From Convolutriloba macropyga (taxonomy: Eukaryota): a stretch of 64,000 bases of DNA. The position numbers and the translations under genes were made by a program. The notes beneath the pieces were generated by a model. That model was not told the origin of the DNA and ran no database searches. It worked only from the letters and a program-made list of their open reading frames with translations. Each line of letters begins with the position of its first letter. Within the stretch, counting starts at the first letter, position 1. This document shows positions 15,001 to 27,620 of this stretch, one piece after another. The stretch is from NCBI RefSeq assembly GCF_964194025.1, contig NC_134473.1, positions 1,984,001 to 2,048,000 of the forward strand, in the 5' to 3' direction.

Positions 15001-18000
15001 TGTCCAAAGCCAACGCCCCTTACGTTTCGAAAACGACGAAAACCAACGCTTCTTACGTTTTAAAACCGACGGAAACCGACGCTTTTTACGTTTTCAAAGC
15101 GACAAAAACCGATGAAAGGCGATGCTTCTTATGTTTTAAAATCGCAAAAACCGACGTTCCTCACGTTTTAAAGCCGACGAAAACCAACTCTTCTTACGTT
15201 TTAAAACCGACGGAAACCGACGCTTCTCACGTTTGCAAATTGACGAGAACCGAGGTTTCTTACGTTTTAAAACCGACGAAAACCGACTCTTCTTACGATT
15301 TAGAACGACGAAAACTGTCGCTCCATACGTTTTAAAACCGACGATATCCGAAGCTCCTTATGTTTTAAAACCGACGAAAACCAAAGCTTCTTACGTTTTA
15401 AAACCGACGATATCCGAAGCTCCTTACGTTTCAAAACCGATGAAAACCGACGTTTGTCACGCTTTAAAACCGACGAAAACCAACGCTTCTTACGTTTTAA
15501 AACGATGAAAACCGACGCTTCTCACGTTTGAAATCTGTCCAAAGCCAACGCTCCTTACGTTTTGAAACCGACGAAAACCAACGCTTCTTACGTTTTAAAA
15601 CCGACGGAAACCGACGCTTTTTACGTTTTAAAATCGACGAAAACCGACGTTCGTCACGATTTAAAACAGACGAAAACCAACGCTTCTTACGTTTTAAAAG
15701 CGACGAAAACCAACGCTTCTGACGTTTTAAGACCGACGGAAACCGACGCTTCTCACGTTTTAAAACCGACGAAAACCGACCCTTTTTACTTTTCAAACCG
15801 ACGAAAACCGACGAAAGGCGATGCTTCTTATTTTCTAAAGCCAACAAAATCCGACGCTTCTCACGTTAGAAAACTGTCGAACACCAACGTTCCTTACGTT
15901 TCAAAACCGACGAAAATCAACGCTTCTTACATTTTAAAGCCTAACAGAAACCGACGCTTCTCACGTTTGCAAATTGACGAAAACCGAGGTTTCTTACGTT
16001 TTAAAACCGACGAAAACCGACTCTTCTTACGATTTAAAAAGGACGAAAACCGTCGCTCCTTACGTTTTAAAACCGACGATATCCGAAGCTCCTCACGTTT
16101 TAAAACCGATGAAAACCGACGTTCGTCACGCTTTAAAACCGACGAAAACCAACGCTTCTTACGTTTTAAAACGATGAAAACCGACGCTTTTCACGTTTGA
16201 AAACTGTCCAAAGCCAACGATCCTTACGTTTTGAAACCGACGAAAACCAACTCCTCTTACGTTTTAAAACCGACGGAAACCGACGCTTCTCACGTTTGCA
16301 AATTGACGAAAACGGAGGTTTCTTACGTTTTAAAACCGACGAAAACCATCTATTCTTACGTTTTGAAACCGACGGAAACCGACGCTTCTCACGTTTGCAA
16401 ATTGACGAAAACCGAGGTTTCTTACGTTTTAAAAGCGACGAAAACCGACTCTTCTTACGATTTAAAAACGACGAAAACCGTCGCTCCATACGTTTTAAAA
16501 CCGACGATATCCGAAGCTCCTTATGTTTTAAAACCGACGAAAACCAAAGCTTCTTACGTTTTAAAACCGACGATATCCGAAGCTCCTTACGTTTTAAAAC
16601 CGATGAAAACAGACGTTTGTCACGCTTTAAAACCGACGAAAACCAACGCTTCTTACGTTTTAAAACGATGAAAACCGACGCTTCTCACGTTTGAAAACTG
16701 TCCAAAGCCAGCGCTCCTTACGTTTTGAAACCGACGAAAACCAACGCTTCTTACGTTTTAAAACCGACGGAACCGACACTCCTCACGTTTTAAAACCGAC
16801 GAAAACCAACTCTTCTTACATTTTAAAACCGACGGAAACCGACGCTTCTCACGTTTGCAAATTGACGAAAACGGAGCTTTCTTACGTTTTAAAACCGACG
16901 AAAACCAACTCTTCTTACGTTTTAAAACCGACGGAAACCGACGCTTCTCACGTTTGCAATTTGACGAAAACCGAGGTTTCGTACATTTTAAAACCAACGA
17001 TATCCGAAGCTCCTTACGCTTTAAAACCGATGAAAACCGACGTTCGTCACGTTATAAAACCGACGAAAACCAACGATTCCTACGTTTTAAAACGACGAAA
17101 ACCGACGCTTCTCACGTTTGAAAACTGTCCAAAGCCAACGCTTCTTACGTTTCGAAAACGACGAAAACCAACGCTTCTTACGTTTTAAAACCAACGGAAA
17201 CCGACGCTTTTTACGTTTTCAAAGCGACAAAAACCGAGGTTTCTTACGTTTTAAAACCGACGAAAACCGACTCTTCTTACGATTTAAAAACGACGAAAAC
17301 CGTCGCTCCTTACGTTTTAATACAGACGATATCCGAAGCTCCTTACGTTTTAAAACCGATGAAAACCGACGTTCGTCACGTTTTAAAACCGACGAAAACC
17401 AACTCTTCTTACGTTTTAAAACCGACGGAAACCGACGCTTCTCACCTTTGCAAATTGACGAAAACCGAGATTTCTTACGTTTTAAAACCGACGGAAACCG
17501 TCGCTCCTTACGTTTTAAAACAGACGATATCCGAAGCTCCTTACGTTTTAAAACCGATGAAAACCGACGTTCGTCACGTTTTAAAACCGACGAAAACCAA
17601 CGCTTCTTACGTTTTAAAACGACGAAAACCGACGCTTCTCACGTTTTAAGACCGACGGAAACCGACGCTTCTCACGTTTTAAAACCGACGAAAACCGACG
17701 CTTTTTATTTTTCAAACCGACGAAAATCGACCAAAGGCGATGCTTCTTATGTTCTAAAGCCAACAAAATCCGACGCTTCTCACTTTAGAAAACTTTCGAA
17801 CACCAACGTTCCTTACGTTTCAAAACCGACGAAAATCAACGCTTCTTACATTTTAAAGCCTAACGGAAACCGACGCTTCTCACGTTTGAAAATTGACGAA
17901 AATCGAGGTTTCTTACGTTTTAAAACCGACGAAAACCGAATATTCTTACGATTTAAAAAGGACAAAAACCGTCGCTCCTTACGTTTTAAAACCGACGATA

Positions 18001-21000
18001 TCCGAAGTTCTTTACGTTTTAAAACCGATGAAAACCGACGTTCGACACGTTTTAAAACCGACGAAAACCAACGCTTCTTACGTTTTAAAACGACGAAAAC
18101 CGACGCTTCTCACGTTTGAAAACTGTCCAAAGCCAACGCTCGTTACGTTTTCAAACCGACGAAAACCAACGCTTCTTACGTTTTCAAACGACGAAAACCG
18201 ACGCTTCTCACGTTTGTAAACTGCCCAAAGCCAACGCTCCTTACGTTTTGAAACCGACGAAAAGCAACGCTTCTTAAGTTTTAAAACCGACGGAAACCGA
18301 CGCTTTTTACGTTTTCAAAGCGACAAAAACCGACGAAAGGCGATGCTTCTTATGTTTTAAAATCGACAAAAACCGACGTTCGTCACGTTTTAAAACCGAC
18401 GAAAACCAACTCTTCTTACGTTTTAAAACCGACGGAAACCGACGCTTCTCACCTTTGCAAATTGACGAAAATCGAGATTTCTTACGTTTTAAAACCGACG
18501 GAAACCGTCGCTCCTTACGTTTTAAAACAGACGATATCCGAAGCTCCTTACGTTTTAAAACCGATGAAAACCGACGTTCGTCACGTTTTAAAACCGACGA
18601 AAACCAACGCTTCTTACGTTTTAAAACGACGAAAACCGACGCTTCTCACGTTTTAAGACCGACGGAAACCGACGCTTCTCACGTTTTAAAACCGACGAAA
18701 ACCGACGCTTTTTATTTTTCAAACCGACGAAAATCGACCAAAGGCGATGCTTCTTATGTTCTAAAGCCAACAAAATCCGACGCTTCTCACTTTAGAAAAC
18801 TTTCGAACACCAACGTTCCTTACGTTTCAAAACCGACGAAAATCAACGCTTCTTACATTTTAAAGCCTAACGGAAACCGACGCTTCTCACGTTTGAAAAT
18901 TGACGAAAATCGAGGTTTATTACGTTTTAAAACCGACGAAAACCGAATATTCTTACGATTTAAAAAGGACAAAAACCGTCGCTCCTTACGTTTTAAAACC
19001 GACGATATCCGAAGTTCTTTACGTTTTAAAACCGATGAAAACCGACGTTCGACACGTTTTAAAACCGACGAAAACCAACGCTTCTTACGTTTTAAAACGA
19101 CGAAAACCGACGCTTCTCACGTTTGAAAACTGTCCAAAGCCAACGCTCCTTACGTTTTCAAACCGACGAAAACCAACGCTTCTTACGTTTTAAAACGACG
19201 AAAACCGACGCTTCTCACGTTTGTAAACTGCCCAAAGCCAACGCTCCTTACGTTTTGAAACCGACGAAAAGCAACGCTTCTTAAGTTTTAAAACCGACGC
19301 TTTTTACGTTTTCAAAGCGACAAAAACCGACGAAAGGCGATTCTTCTTATGTTTTAAAATCGACAAAAAACCGACGCTCCTCACGTTTTAAAACCGACGA
19401 AAACCAACTCTGCTTATGTTTCAAAGCGACGGAAACCGACGCTTTTCTTGTTTGAAAACTGCCCAAAACCAACGTTCCTTACGTTTTAAAACCGATGAAA
19501 GTCAACGCTTCTCAAATTTTAAAGCTGGTAGAAACCGACGCTTCTCACGGTTGACAACTGTCGAAAACCAACGTTCCTTAAGTTTTAAAACCGAAGAAAA
19601 TCAACGCTTGTTGCATTTAAAAATCGACGAAAACCAACTCTTCTTATGTTTTAAAGCGACAGAAACCGACGCTTCTCACATTTGAAAACTGTCGAAAACC
19701 AACGTTCCTTACGCTCAAAACCGACGAAAATCAACGCTTCTTACCTTTTACAGCCGACGGAAACCGACGCTTCTCACGTTTGAAAACTGACAAAAACCGA
19801 GTTTTCCTACGTTTTAAAACCGACGAAAATCGACTCTTCTTCCCATTTAAAAACGACGAAAACCATCGCTCCTTAGGTTTTAAAACCGACGAAATCCGAC
19901 GCTCTTTACGTTTGAAAACCGATGAAAACTGACGTTCGTCACGTTTTAAAACCGACGAAAACCAACGCATCTTATTTTTTAAAACGACGGAAAGCGACGC
20001 TTCTCACGTTTGAGAACTGTCCAAAGCCAGAGCTCCTTACAATTTCAAATCGACGAAAACCAACGCTTCTTACGTTTTAAAACCGACGGAAACCGACGCT
20101 TCGTACGTTTTGAAACCCACGAAAACCGACGCTTTTTACGTTTTCAAAGCGACAAAAAACGACGAAAAGCGATGTTTCTGATGTTTTAAAACCGACAAAA
20201 ATCGACGTTCTTCACGTTTTACAACCGACGAAAACCAACTCTTCTAATGTTTCAAAGCGACGGGAACCGACGCTTCTCACGTTTGAAAACCGTCGAAAAC
20301 CAACGTTCCTTGCGTTTTAAAACCGACGAAAATCAACGCTTCTTAAATTTTGAAAGCTGGAGGAAACCGAAGCTTCTCACGGTTGAAAACTGATGAAACT
20401 CGAGATTTCTTACGTTTTAAAACCGACGAAAACCGAAGATTCTTACGAATTAAAAACGACGAAAACCTTCGCTCCTTACGTTATAAAACCGACGAAAACC
20501 GACGCTGCTTACGTTTCAAAACCGACGAAAACAGACGTTAGTCACTATTTAAAACAGACGAAAACCAACGCTTCTTACGTTTTAAAACGACGGAAACCGA
20601 CGCTTCTTACGTTTTAAAGCCGATGGAAACCGACGCTCCTTACGTTTTAAAAGCGACAAAAACCGACGTTCGTCACGTTTTACTACCGACGAAAACCAAC
20701 GCTTCTTACGTTTTAAAACGACGGAAACCGACACTTCTCACGTTTGAGAACTGTCCAAAGCCAGAGCTCCTTACAATTTCAAATCGACGAAAACCAACGC
20801 TTCTTACGTTTTAAAACCGACGGAAACCGACGCTTCGTACGTTTTGAAACCCACGAAAACCGACGCTTTTTACGTTTTCAAAGCGACAAAAAACGACGAA
20901 AAGCGATGTTTCTGATGTTTTAAAACCGACAAAAATCGACGTTCTTCACGTTTTACAACCGACGAAAACCAACTCTTCTAATGTTTCAAAGCGACGGGAA

Positions 21001-21820
21001 CCGACGCTTCTCACGTTTGAAAACCGTCGAAAACCAACGTTCCTTGCGTTTTAAAACCGACGAAAATCAACGCTTCTTAAATTTTGAAAGCTGGAGGAAA
21101 CCGAAGCTTCTCACGGTTGAAAACTGATGAAACTCGAGATTTCTTACGTATTAAAACCGACGAAAACCGAAGATTCTTACGAATTAAAAACGACGAAAAC
21201 CTTCGCTCCTTACGTTATAAAACCGACGAAAACCGACGCTGCTTACGTTTCAAAACCGACGAAAACAGACGTTAGTCACTATTTAAAACAGACGAAAACC
21301 AACGCTTCTTACGTTTTAAAACGACGGAAACCGACGCTTCTTACGTTTTAAAGCCGATGGAAACCGACGCTCCTTACGTTTTAAAAGCGACAAAAACCGA
21401 CGTTCGTCACGTTTTACTACCGACGAAAACCAACGCTTCTTACGTTTTAAAACGACGGAAACCGACACTTCTCACGTTTGAAAACTGTCGAAAGCCAACG
21501 CTCCATACGTTTTAAAACCGACGAAAACCAACCTTTTTTAAGTTTAAAAACGTCGGAAACCGACGCTTCTCACGTTTCAAAACTGTCGAAAACCAACGTT
21601 CCTTACGTTTTAAAACCGAAGAAAATCAACGCTTCTTTTATTTTAAAACCAACGAAAACCGACGCTGCTCACGTTTGAAAGCCGACGAAAATCGGTGATC
21701 TTATGTTTGAAATCATTGACAACCGATCAAAGCGACCAAAAAAAACATAAGGGATTTGATCGCTTTTGCTAAGCTGAACCGACAAAAAGCGACGATTTCT
21801 TACGTTTGAATTCGACGAAG
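1..21820. repeat. 33-bp tandem satellite, consensus ~TTTTAAAACCGACGAAAACCGACGCTTCTTACG; runs off the left edge of the window
   Basis: Continuous 33(-34)-bp periodicity read directly. The monomer contains the palindrome GTTTTAAAAC and two copies of AAAACCGACG. The 11-aa periodic pseudo-ORFs (RFKTDENRRFL, LKPTKTDASYV) reflect the 33-bp unit. The array degenerates after ~21680. Confidence 0.97.
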
Positions 21821-21822
21821 CT

Positions 21823-21833
21823 CTCAACACGGG
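21823..21833 (-). mobile_element. Putative right TIR (CTCAACACGGG) closing the 33-bp array; CACTA/EnSpm-like CCC terminus
   Basis: The reverse complement CCCGTGTTGAG matches the MITE left end CCCGGGTCGAG (55655) at 9/11 positions and sits exactly where the satellite stops. Confidence 0.55.
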
Positions 21834-22118
21834 AAAATGAATCTTCTCCGTTTGTGCGCCACCCTACCTTGTGAATCCCGGTTGGATAATGCATGTCTTT
21901 ACTTTGTGTTTCATTTTAAGGTCAAGCAGAGATACAAGAAAGTGTTAATAGCTCAATAGCTAACACTTTATTCCTCAAAAAAAGGCCAATGTGTTCGATG
22001 AACATCATTAATGATTAACGAACAATTGATTTTTAACAAAAAACTTGCATAGTAAATCAAAAGAAAAAAACTACGGACCCAGGGAATTTGGCAAATGTAA
22101 TGTAAGCGGTCATTAGTC

Positions 22119-23656
22119 TTGAAAAATTTGAAATTGCCCTGCAAAGTTTGCACTGAAAGCGTTGAAAAAGACAAATTCAACGAACTCTCAGCGAAATTAG
22201 ATAAAATTGATGGGGGAATTTTTCTGAGTTTCGACAGTTGGATACATCTGATCTTGAACAACAATGGAATTTCTAAGCGTTCATGCAACATGGTTTTGGC
22301 GATTCTAAGCATGAATGTTCCAGTAAGTAATTGTTTTCGAGATAGGATTTAGAACAAATTTTGAGTTACGAAGATTAGATCTTACGTTAAACATGCATAT
22401 TTTTAGTGTAGATTTGCATAGTTTTATTGTTTCACTGCGCTTTTATTGTATAGTCTCAACACTTAGATCTGTCTGAGAGGCTTGAACTGCCGACGACCTC
22501 GTTTATTGTCGCCTATTCGACCACAGCTTAAAAATACCTTTGTTTTCTAAATAGGGTTTCCCCTCTAAAATGACATCTTACGTAATGGAGAATGCGCTGA
22601 GAATGCGACTCTATTGAAATGCTTTGATTTTTTGACAAAAAACTGGTTGAGATATATTTGTTCCATTTCAGTCCACAAAGCCATCACGCCGCCAATTTCA
22701 CCATGATTAAAGCCACCGTTTTTCCTAAGAATATTTGTTGGCATACAAGTAGCATATTCTTATGAGACACTATGTCAAAGAAAACTGAGTAATTCAAAAA
22801 TCAAAGCAAAAATTAACGTTAGATATATAAGAAGAAGGCCAGGAAACGCATAAGAATGCAGTATCATTGCGAAGTCAAAACAAACAAATTGAAATCTACA
22901 AGAAGGTTTAAGATAAATGTTGAAAACAGTCTTTCAGTATAGAACCCGAGCTCAAACAGCCTTTATGTCAGTTTCAGCTGTTCAAAAAATGAAATTTTCA
23001 TTTTATACGAGAATGTGGCCAGTTCTTTTACTTCTGTCAACAAAACCTCATATGTGAAAATACAGTGCTCAAAAAACACGGAAAACATTCACATTTTTGG
23101 TGTCCAATAACATCAGCAAAATAATTTTCTATCAAGAACTTAGACCGACTCATTAAAATCTGCAATTGCAGTCGAATTTAACTAAAATTTTTAACTTACG
23201 CGGAATTTATGTAAAACAGTGCAAAGCCTATCGCAAATTTCCTCGAAAATCAATAAGTATTTGCCCCACCCCCCAATTGAAATGGAAAACTTTTGAAAAA
23301 ATTGTTTGCTTTTTGTTGGACAAAATCAGCAGATGAGCAATTTTTTAACAACGAAACTAAAACAATATCGTTTGCTGGATGATATAAATAATAAACTAGC
23401 AGAAGTTTACGCCCTTTTCTCTTGGCTTTTAACAGTTCTCAGAAATCAAAGAAAAATACTTAAAATTTGTAATCTGCGTAGTAGCCAAGACATCAATGAA
23501 ACAAGTTTTAAAAATCTATATTTTTCCATAGACAAACTAGTCCATAAAATAGTCTATGCTTGCTTTATGCGCATTGAGGAACATTTAGTTAGAACTCTCT
23601 GGCCTCCATAAAAAATTTACGGTCCGTTACATAAAACATGGTCGTGCAAAGTATAG
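22119..23656 (+). pseudogene. Decayed CACTA/EnSpm (CMC)-like transposase fragments
   Basis: Ordered motif remnants resemble animal EnSpm transposases: WIHLILNNNGISKRSCNMVLAILSMNVP (ORF 22119-22352, with a GTAAGT donor-like site at ~22323), RMWPVLLLL (~23010-23036), ENIHIFGV (23081, frameshifted), and KIYGPLHKTWS (23612-23644, in frame after the stop of ORF 23306-23611). Stops and frameshifts throughout. Recognised by eye only. Confidence 0.55.
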
Positions 23657-24539
23657 GTTAAACTGTACTACAAAAACAAAAGCAGAAAACCAATTCCTTT
23701 CAGACGTTTTAAGCATTCAAAATCCAATTGTTTCGAATCTTTTTCCAATGTTCTGGTAAAATTTGGCATCTTGCTCATAACTCATAACGTGGCGCACATT
23801 TTTGTCAAAAAAAACCTCAAATTTGTGAAATGTTCTGTAAAAAACAGCAGGTTTTTCCTGAACAAAACAAGCTTAGGGATAAGAGACTGCAACTGATTTT
23901 GTGACCCAAAAATTGAAGATCAACAAACTGAAGACAAAAAAAAATTCAGCAACAGATTAAACGCAAAATTATGCGAGACAAACGTTAAAAGTTAAGAAAT
24001 TCATTATTGTAAGAGCTTCAAAAATTTAAACAATAAAAAACATAAAACTAAATCTAAAAACTAAGCGTTGAAATTATAGGAGATTGTAACTCAAAAAGTC
24101 ACAAATTTCTATGATGTAATACTATGAAAGCCAGAAATATGTAAAATGAACACTCAGACACAAAAAGTTTTTGTGAGATCTCTGCGTTAAAACACAGAAT
24201 TAAGATTAAATCTACGCTTAGAAAATTTTTTTTTTAATTCTATCTCTGGAGCCGAAAAAATTTGCCAGATCTACTCTTTTAAACGCTAATTTTTGTTAGA
24301 TCACCAATCAAAAACGATAATATTTTGCTATCAAAGTATTTAACGCAGATCCTCACAACAATAAAGTTCACCTTAAAACTTATCACTCTTACAAACTACT
24401 CGGCTACGGATTAGCTGAGTAAAAGGAACGTAAACGATCTGGCAAAATACAAAAAACTGACCTCCAGTTGGAATTGTCTCATTACCAGGAATGATAAAGG
24501 AAATGATTTAGGAGATATTTATTAGGAGAGATGTTGCAG

Positions 24540-24700
24540 GAATTGTGTTGACCATCGCAAAAAATATATTTTTTTCAGCGTATTTAGCGCCTAAAACTAA
24601 ACTTTCAACAAATTCAATATTCGTTATCTTTTTTTTTCAGCACATTCAGCGCATTTCTTACTAAATTTTCCGCTGAATCTTGTTCACATCTCGACTGGGG
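24540..24700 (+). mobile_element. Right end of the EnSpm-like element: subterminal repeats and TIR CTCGACTGGGG (24690-24700)
   Basis: TTTTTCAGCG and TCAGCGCATTTCTTAC motifs are identical to those in the MITE at 55655-56447. The reverse-complement terminus CCCCAGTCGAG matches CCCGGGTCGAG at 9/11 and is followed by TA. The left end was not found. Confidence 0.65.
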
Positions 24701-26119
24701 TACCGAGACGTGATGTACTGGGTAAACTAACCGGCTATATCATAACGCTTCCGGGTGGTTAGTAGCCCTTCAGCAGCTAAATTTGACGACATTTGGTTCC
24801 CCTCGGAGGGAAAACAGAATTGCGTTATAACCTCGAATGCTCCGTAAGAGAATTGAGCTGTTTCGGTACGATTAGTGAAACGCAAACTAAGATCATAAAC
24901 CTCTGCGCCGTACAATAGTTCTTCACTGTTTCCTTTTTTCCCATCTTCTCAGTGATCAATAGGATCGTTTGCGGCTGATTTTTTTTTCTGAGATTTTCGT
25001 TCCACCTCTGTTTTGGTTTACTGTGGAAAACTCCAATTCTTTTCTTTTCAACAATCCTTTTTTGGGAATTTTTGAATTCTACTTTGAATTTTTGAATATT
25101 TGAAGTTTTGAATTCTACCTGGTGTTTTACGGGCTCACCACACGTGATGAAGACTGACACTATTGGAACTACTCAACAATGATGCGCAGATATGTTCAAG
25201 TTTTACATACCAGTCTTCGGCTGTTACTGTATATGGGAATTGAACAGTTGTTGGACAGATTGAGTTCAATTTTGGATATTTTATGCATATCAGAATTTTT
25301 ATAGACCTGTGTTTTGTTGCTGCTCAGTGTCTGTCTACTTCGTAGTCAGTTAGTATAATTTTTGATGGATGTACTGGTTTTTGTTTTGTTGTCGATGTGT
25401 TCCAAATCATGTCCTTTTTTGTTATGTATCTTCTCCTCATTATTGACCCCGCTTGTCAGATTTTTTTAGCCAACCCCATTGCTAATTGGTTCTCTTTTCT
25501 TGCGATTGATTTCAAATATGCAGAACCTTGCAGGTTCCTCGTCCCCACCTGCATTTCGTCGGACCAAGGGTTAGTGCTCATCTTTTTTAATTGCATCAAG
25601 TCATAAAAAGTTTCAAAAATTCATTGATAAGAGATTTTTTGGTGCAAAATTTTGAAACATTTCTATCTGCTCTACCTTTCGTGCCTGGGTTGCGGTAGAG
25701 TCAAAGTTAATTCATCGGTGTCCATCAGTTTCTGAGGTTCATTGAACTTTTTTGCCGGGAATGTGATTATCCATAAAAAATAAATATTTTCTTAAGATTT
25801 TTGTTTCGAAAGATGGCATTTTGACAATTTTGTTAACTTTGTTGAGTTTGCCGAGTTGCTCGATCGTTTCTCGGCAGTTGTATTTTACCCGATTGTTGTT
25901 TATGTAGACGTAAATAATGCTTTAAAGGCTAATAATGCCCATAACTTTCGAAGTAATTCAATACTGAAATTTAGAAACATCCTAGTACGGTTTCAGAGTC
26001 TGTTTATGTCCCATTTTGTACTTGTATTCTCTGATTCAGGCTCTGATTGGGACTCTGAATCATAGTCTGAAATGTACTCTGCTATTTTTTCCGAATCAGA
26101 CTCTTAAACAGAGTGTGGT

Positions 26120-27620
26120 TCTCGTCTGAGTAAGCTTAGAGTCATAACTATAAACGTGAGCCAAGCTAGGGTTTACTATAAACGTCATAACTATAAACGT
26201 GAGCACTTGTTTCCGCTCTCAAGTCTTTTATAATTACAATGTCATACAATACCAAAAAGAGTAAGCTAGAGTTTTTCTGGGTGTAATCTGATTCCAAAAT
26301 TTTTTCCTAGCCATGACAAACCTTCATGAAGAGGGCAGGGTGTAGTTTCCCTTCTTGCATTTAATTTTGTGTCGGTTTGTGTCTTTAGAAAGAAAACGAT
26401 ATCAACGCAATTTTGATGAAGTCACAAAACAAAGAAAAACGTTAAGTAACTTCTCACGACTAATATAGATAGCTCAAGGGAGATCAATCGAAGAAAGCAG
26501 TATCAATCTGTTTCACTTCAGCAAAAATTATAATAAAAATATGATTCCATTCCTTGTTTTTGTCTAGAGTCATAGGTATTTTGCTCCAATATCTAATCAA
26601 AACTGTTAAATAACCGTTGGAAAATTTTCCTTTGTACTTTTCTGCAGTTTTGAGAAAGGTTTCTGATTTTTTGTTTTCAGAGCGAAATCAGAAGAGCATC
26701 TTGAATTTTCCTCTGATTCAGATATATTCAGAGAATAATGATTCTGATTTTTGCTCTGGCTCAGAAAAGTTTCAGTATTGATCCACAATGGGCTTGCTAT
26801 CCACAATGGGCTTTCGATCCAGAGAGCAGTCAATTCAAATTAGCCGGAGAGGGCCACTACAGCATATTCAAAACCCGATAGTTCCCCGCAGAATATGACA
26901 TATATCTGAAATTTAACCATCAAAAAGATTAAGATTAGCCCATTGTGGATTAGCTACAAATTTGGGACCTATTGACCAGCAAAAATCTCAGATTCGAGTG
27001 TTCAAAACCGAATGAAAACCGATGAGTTCTCAGGGCCAAAGTAAAATAATACCTATTTTGATCAATTCGCTCTTCCCAACAACTCAGTCAAAATAAATTT
27101 TGGCAAGGCTTCCTCACAGTTGATGCCGGACTAGTCTAAGGAAAGCATTCTCAAGAGCTTTGGCTCTTTATTTTTCTGGCCCATCAAAAACTTCGAAGTT
27201 GATGTGATGTGATCAACTTTATTCATAACAGCTATAGCCCGTACCATAAAATAGTGGTCACTAGAGACACCAAGATGGGTCATGTTTAACTGATTTGTGC
27301 GCGTGAAGTTAATACGCAATTTCAATACTTTAGTTCTTTGTAAGACACTGTGTTCTCTGAATTGGCTTGGATTGAATCATTTTGAGGGATTAAGTCAGTC
27401 TTTTCCAAAAACGCGTTTTGGGGAAAACACTGACGGATTGGTCTAAGCGTTTTTCAAACACAAATTTATGAAACTTTGACAATTTGATTAATTAGATCTC
27501 GTGATCTGAGTGAGCGAAATCCCCGAAATGCGTAATTAGATTCCATTACCTGTGTAGCTGGATTCCAAAATTTGCATCGTTAACTTCGACATTTTACATA
27601 GTTAGATTCCAAAGATACAA
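26120..27620 (-). pseudogene. Tyrosine-recombinase-like relic, copy 1
   Basis: Broken frames NYVKCRS..., LRINFTRTNQLNMT...AIAVMNKVDHITSTSKFLMG (ORF 27131-27325), LISLELSILVVRSY and PSLAHVYSYDSKLTQ. These resemble YR box I (N-x-x-R-x4-5-NMT), the V-x-x-HKT-x4-G motif and the box II region. By-eye inference. Confidence 0.35.

Noticed and set aside
290-21678. Many K/R/T/F-rich ORFs up to 333 aa
   Set aside because: Artefacts of a 33-bp (multiple of 3) satellite. They occur in overlapping frames and on both strands, mostly with non-ATG starts.
1-21820. CRISPR-like array (GTTTT...AAAC palindromic repeats of ~33 bp)
   Set aside because: Units are head-to-tail with no unique spacers, there are no cas genes, and the context is eukaryotic.
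21877-21887. CCCGGTTGGAT as the left TIR of the EnSpm relic
   Set aside because: Poor match to CCCnnGTCGAG, and it is preceded by AT rather than the TA expected from the right end.
24983-25160. EKKRIGVFHSK as the SET N-terminal GxGV motif
   Set aside because: It lacks the first Gly and is not in frame with, or at a convincing distance from, the SET core in copy 2. Possible but unsupported.
25180-25600. TGA read-through, selenocysteine or an alternative genetic code
   Set aside because: Adjacent frames also contain TAA/TAG stops and frameshifts, so ordinary pseudogene decay is sufficient.
27131-27325. AVMNKVD as a GTPase G4 (NKxD) motif
   Set aside because: No P-loop or DxxG motif was found nearby; the context fits the recombinase-like relic at least as well.
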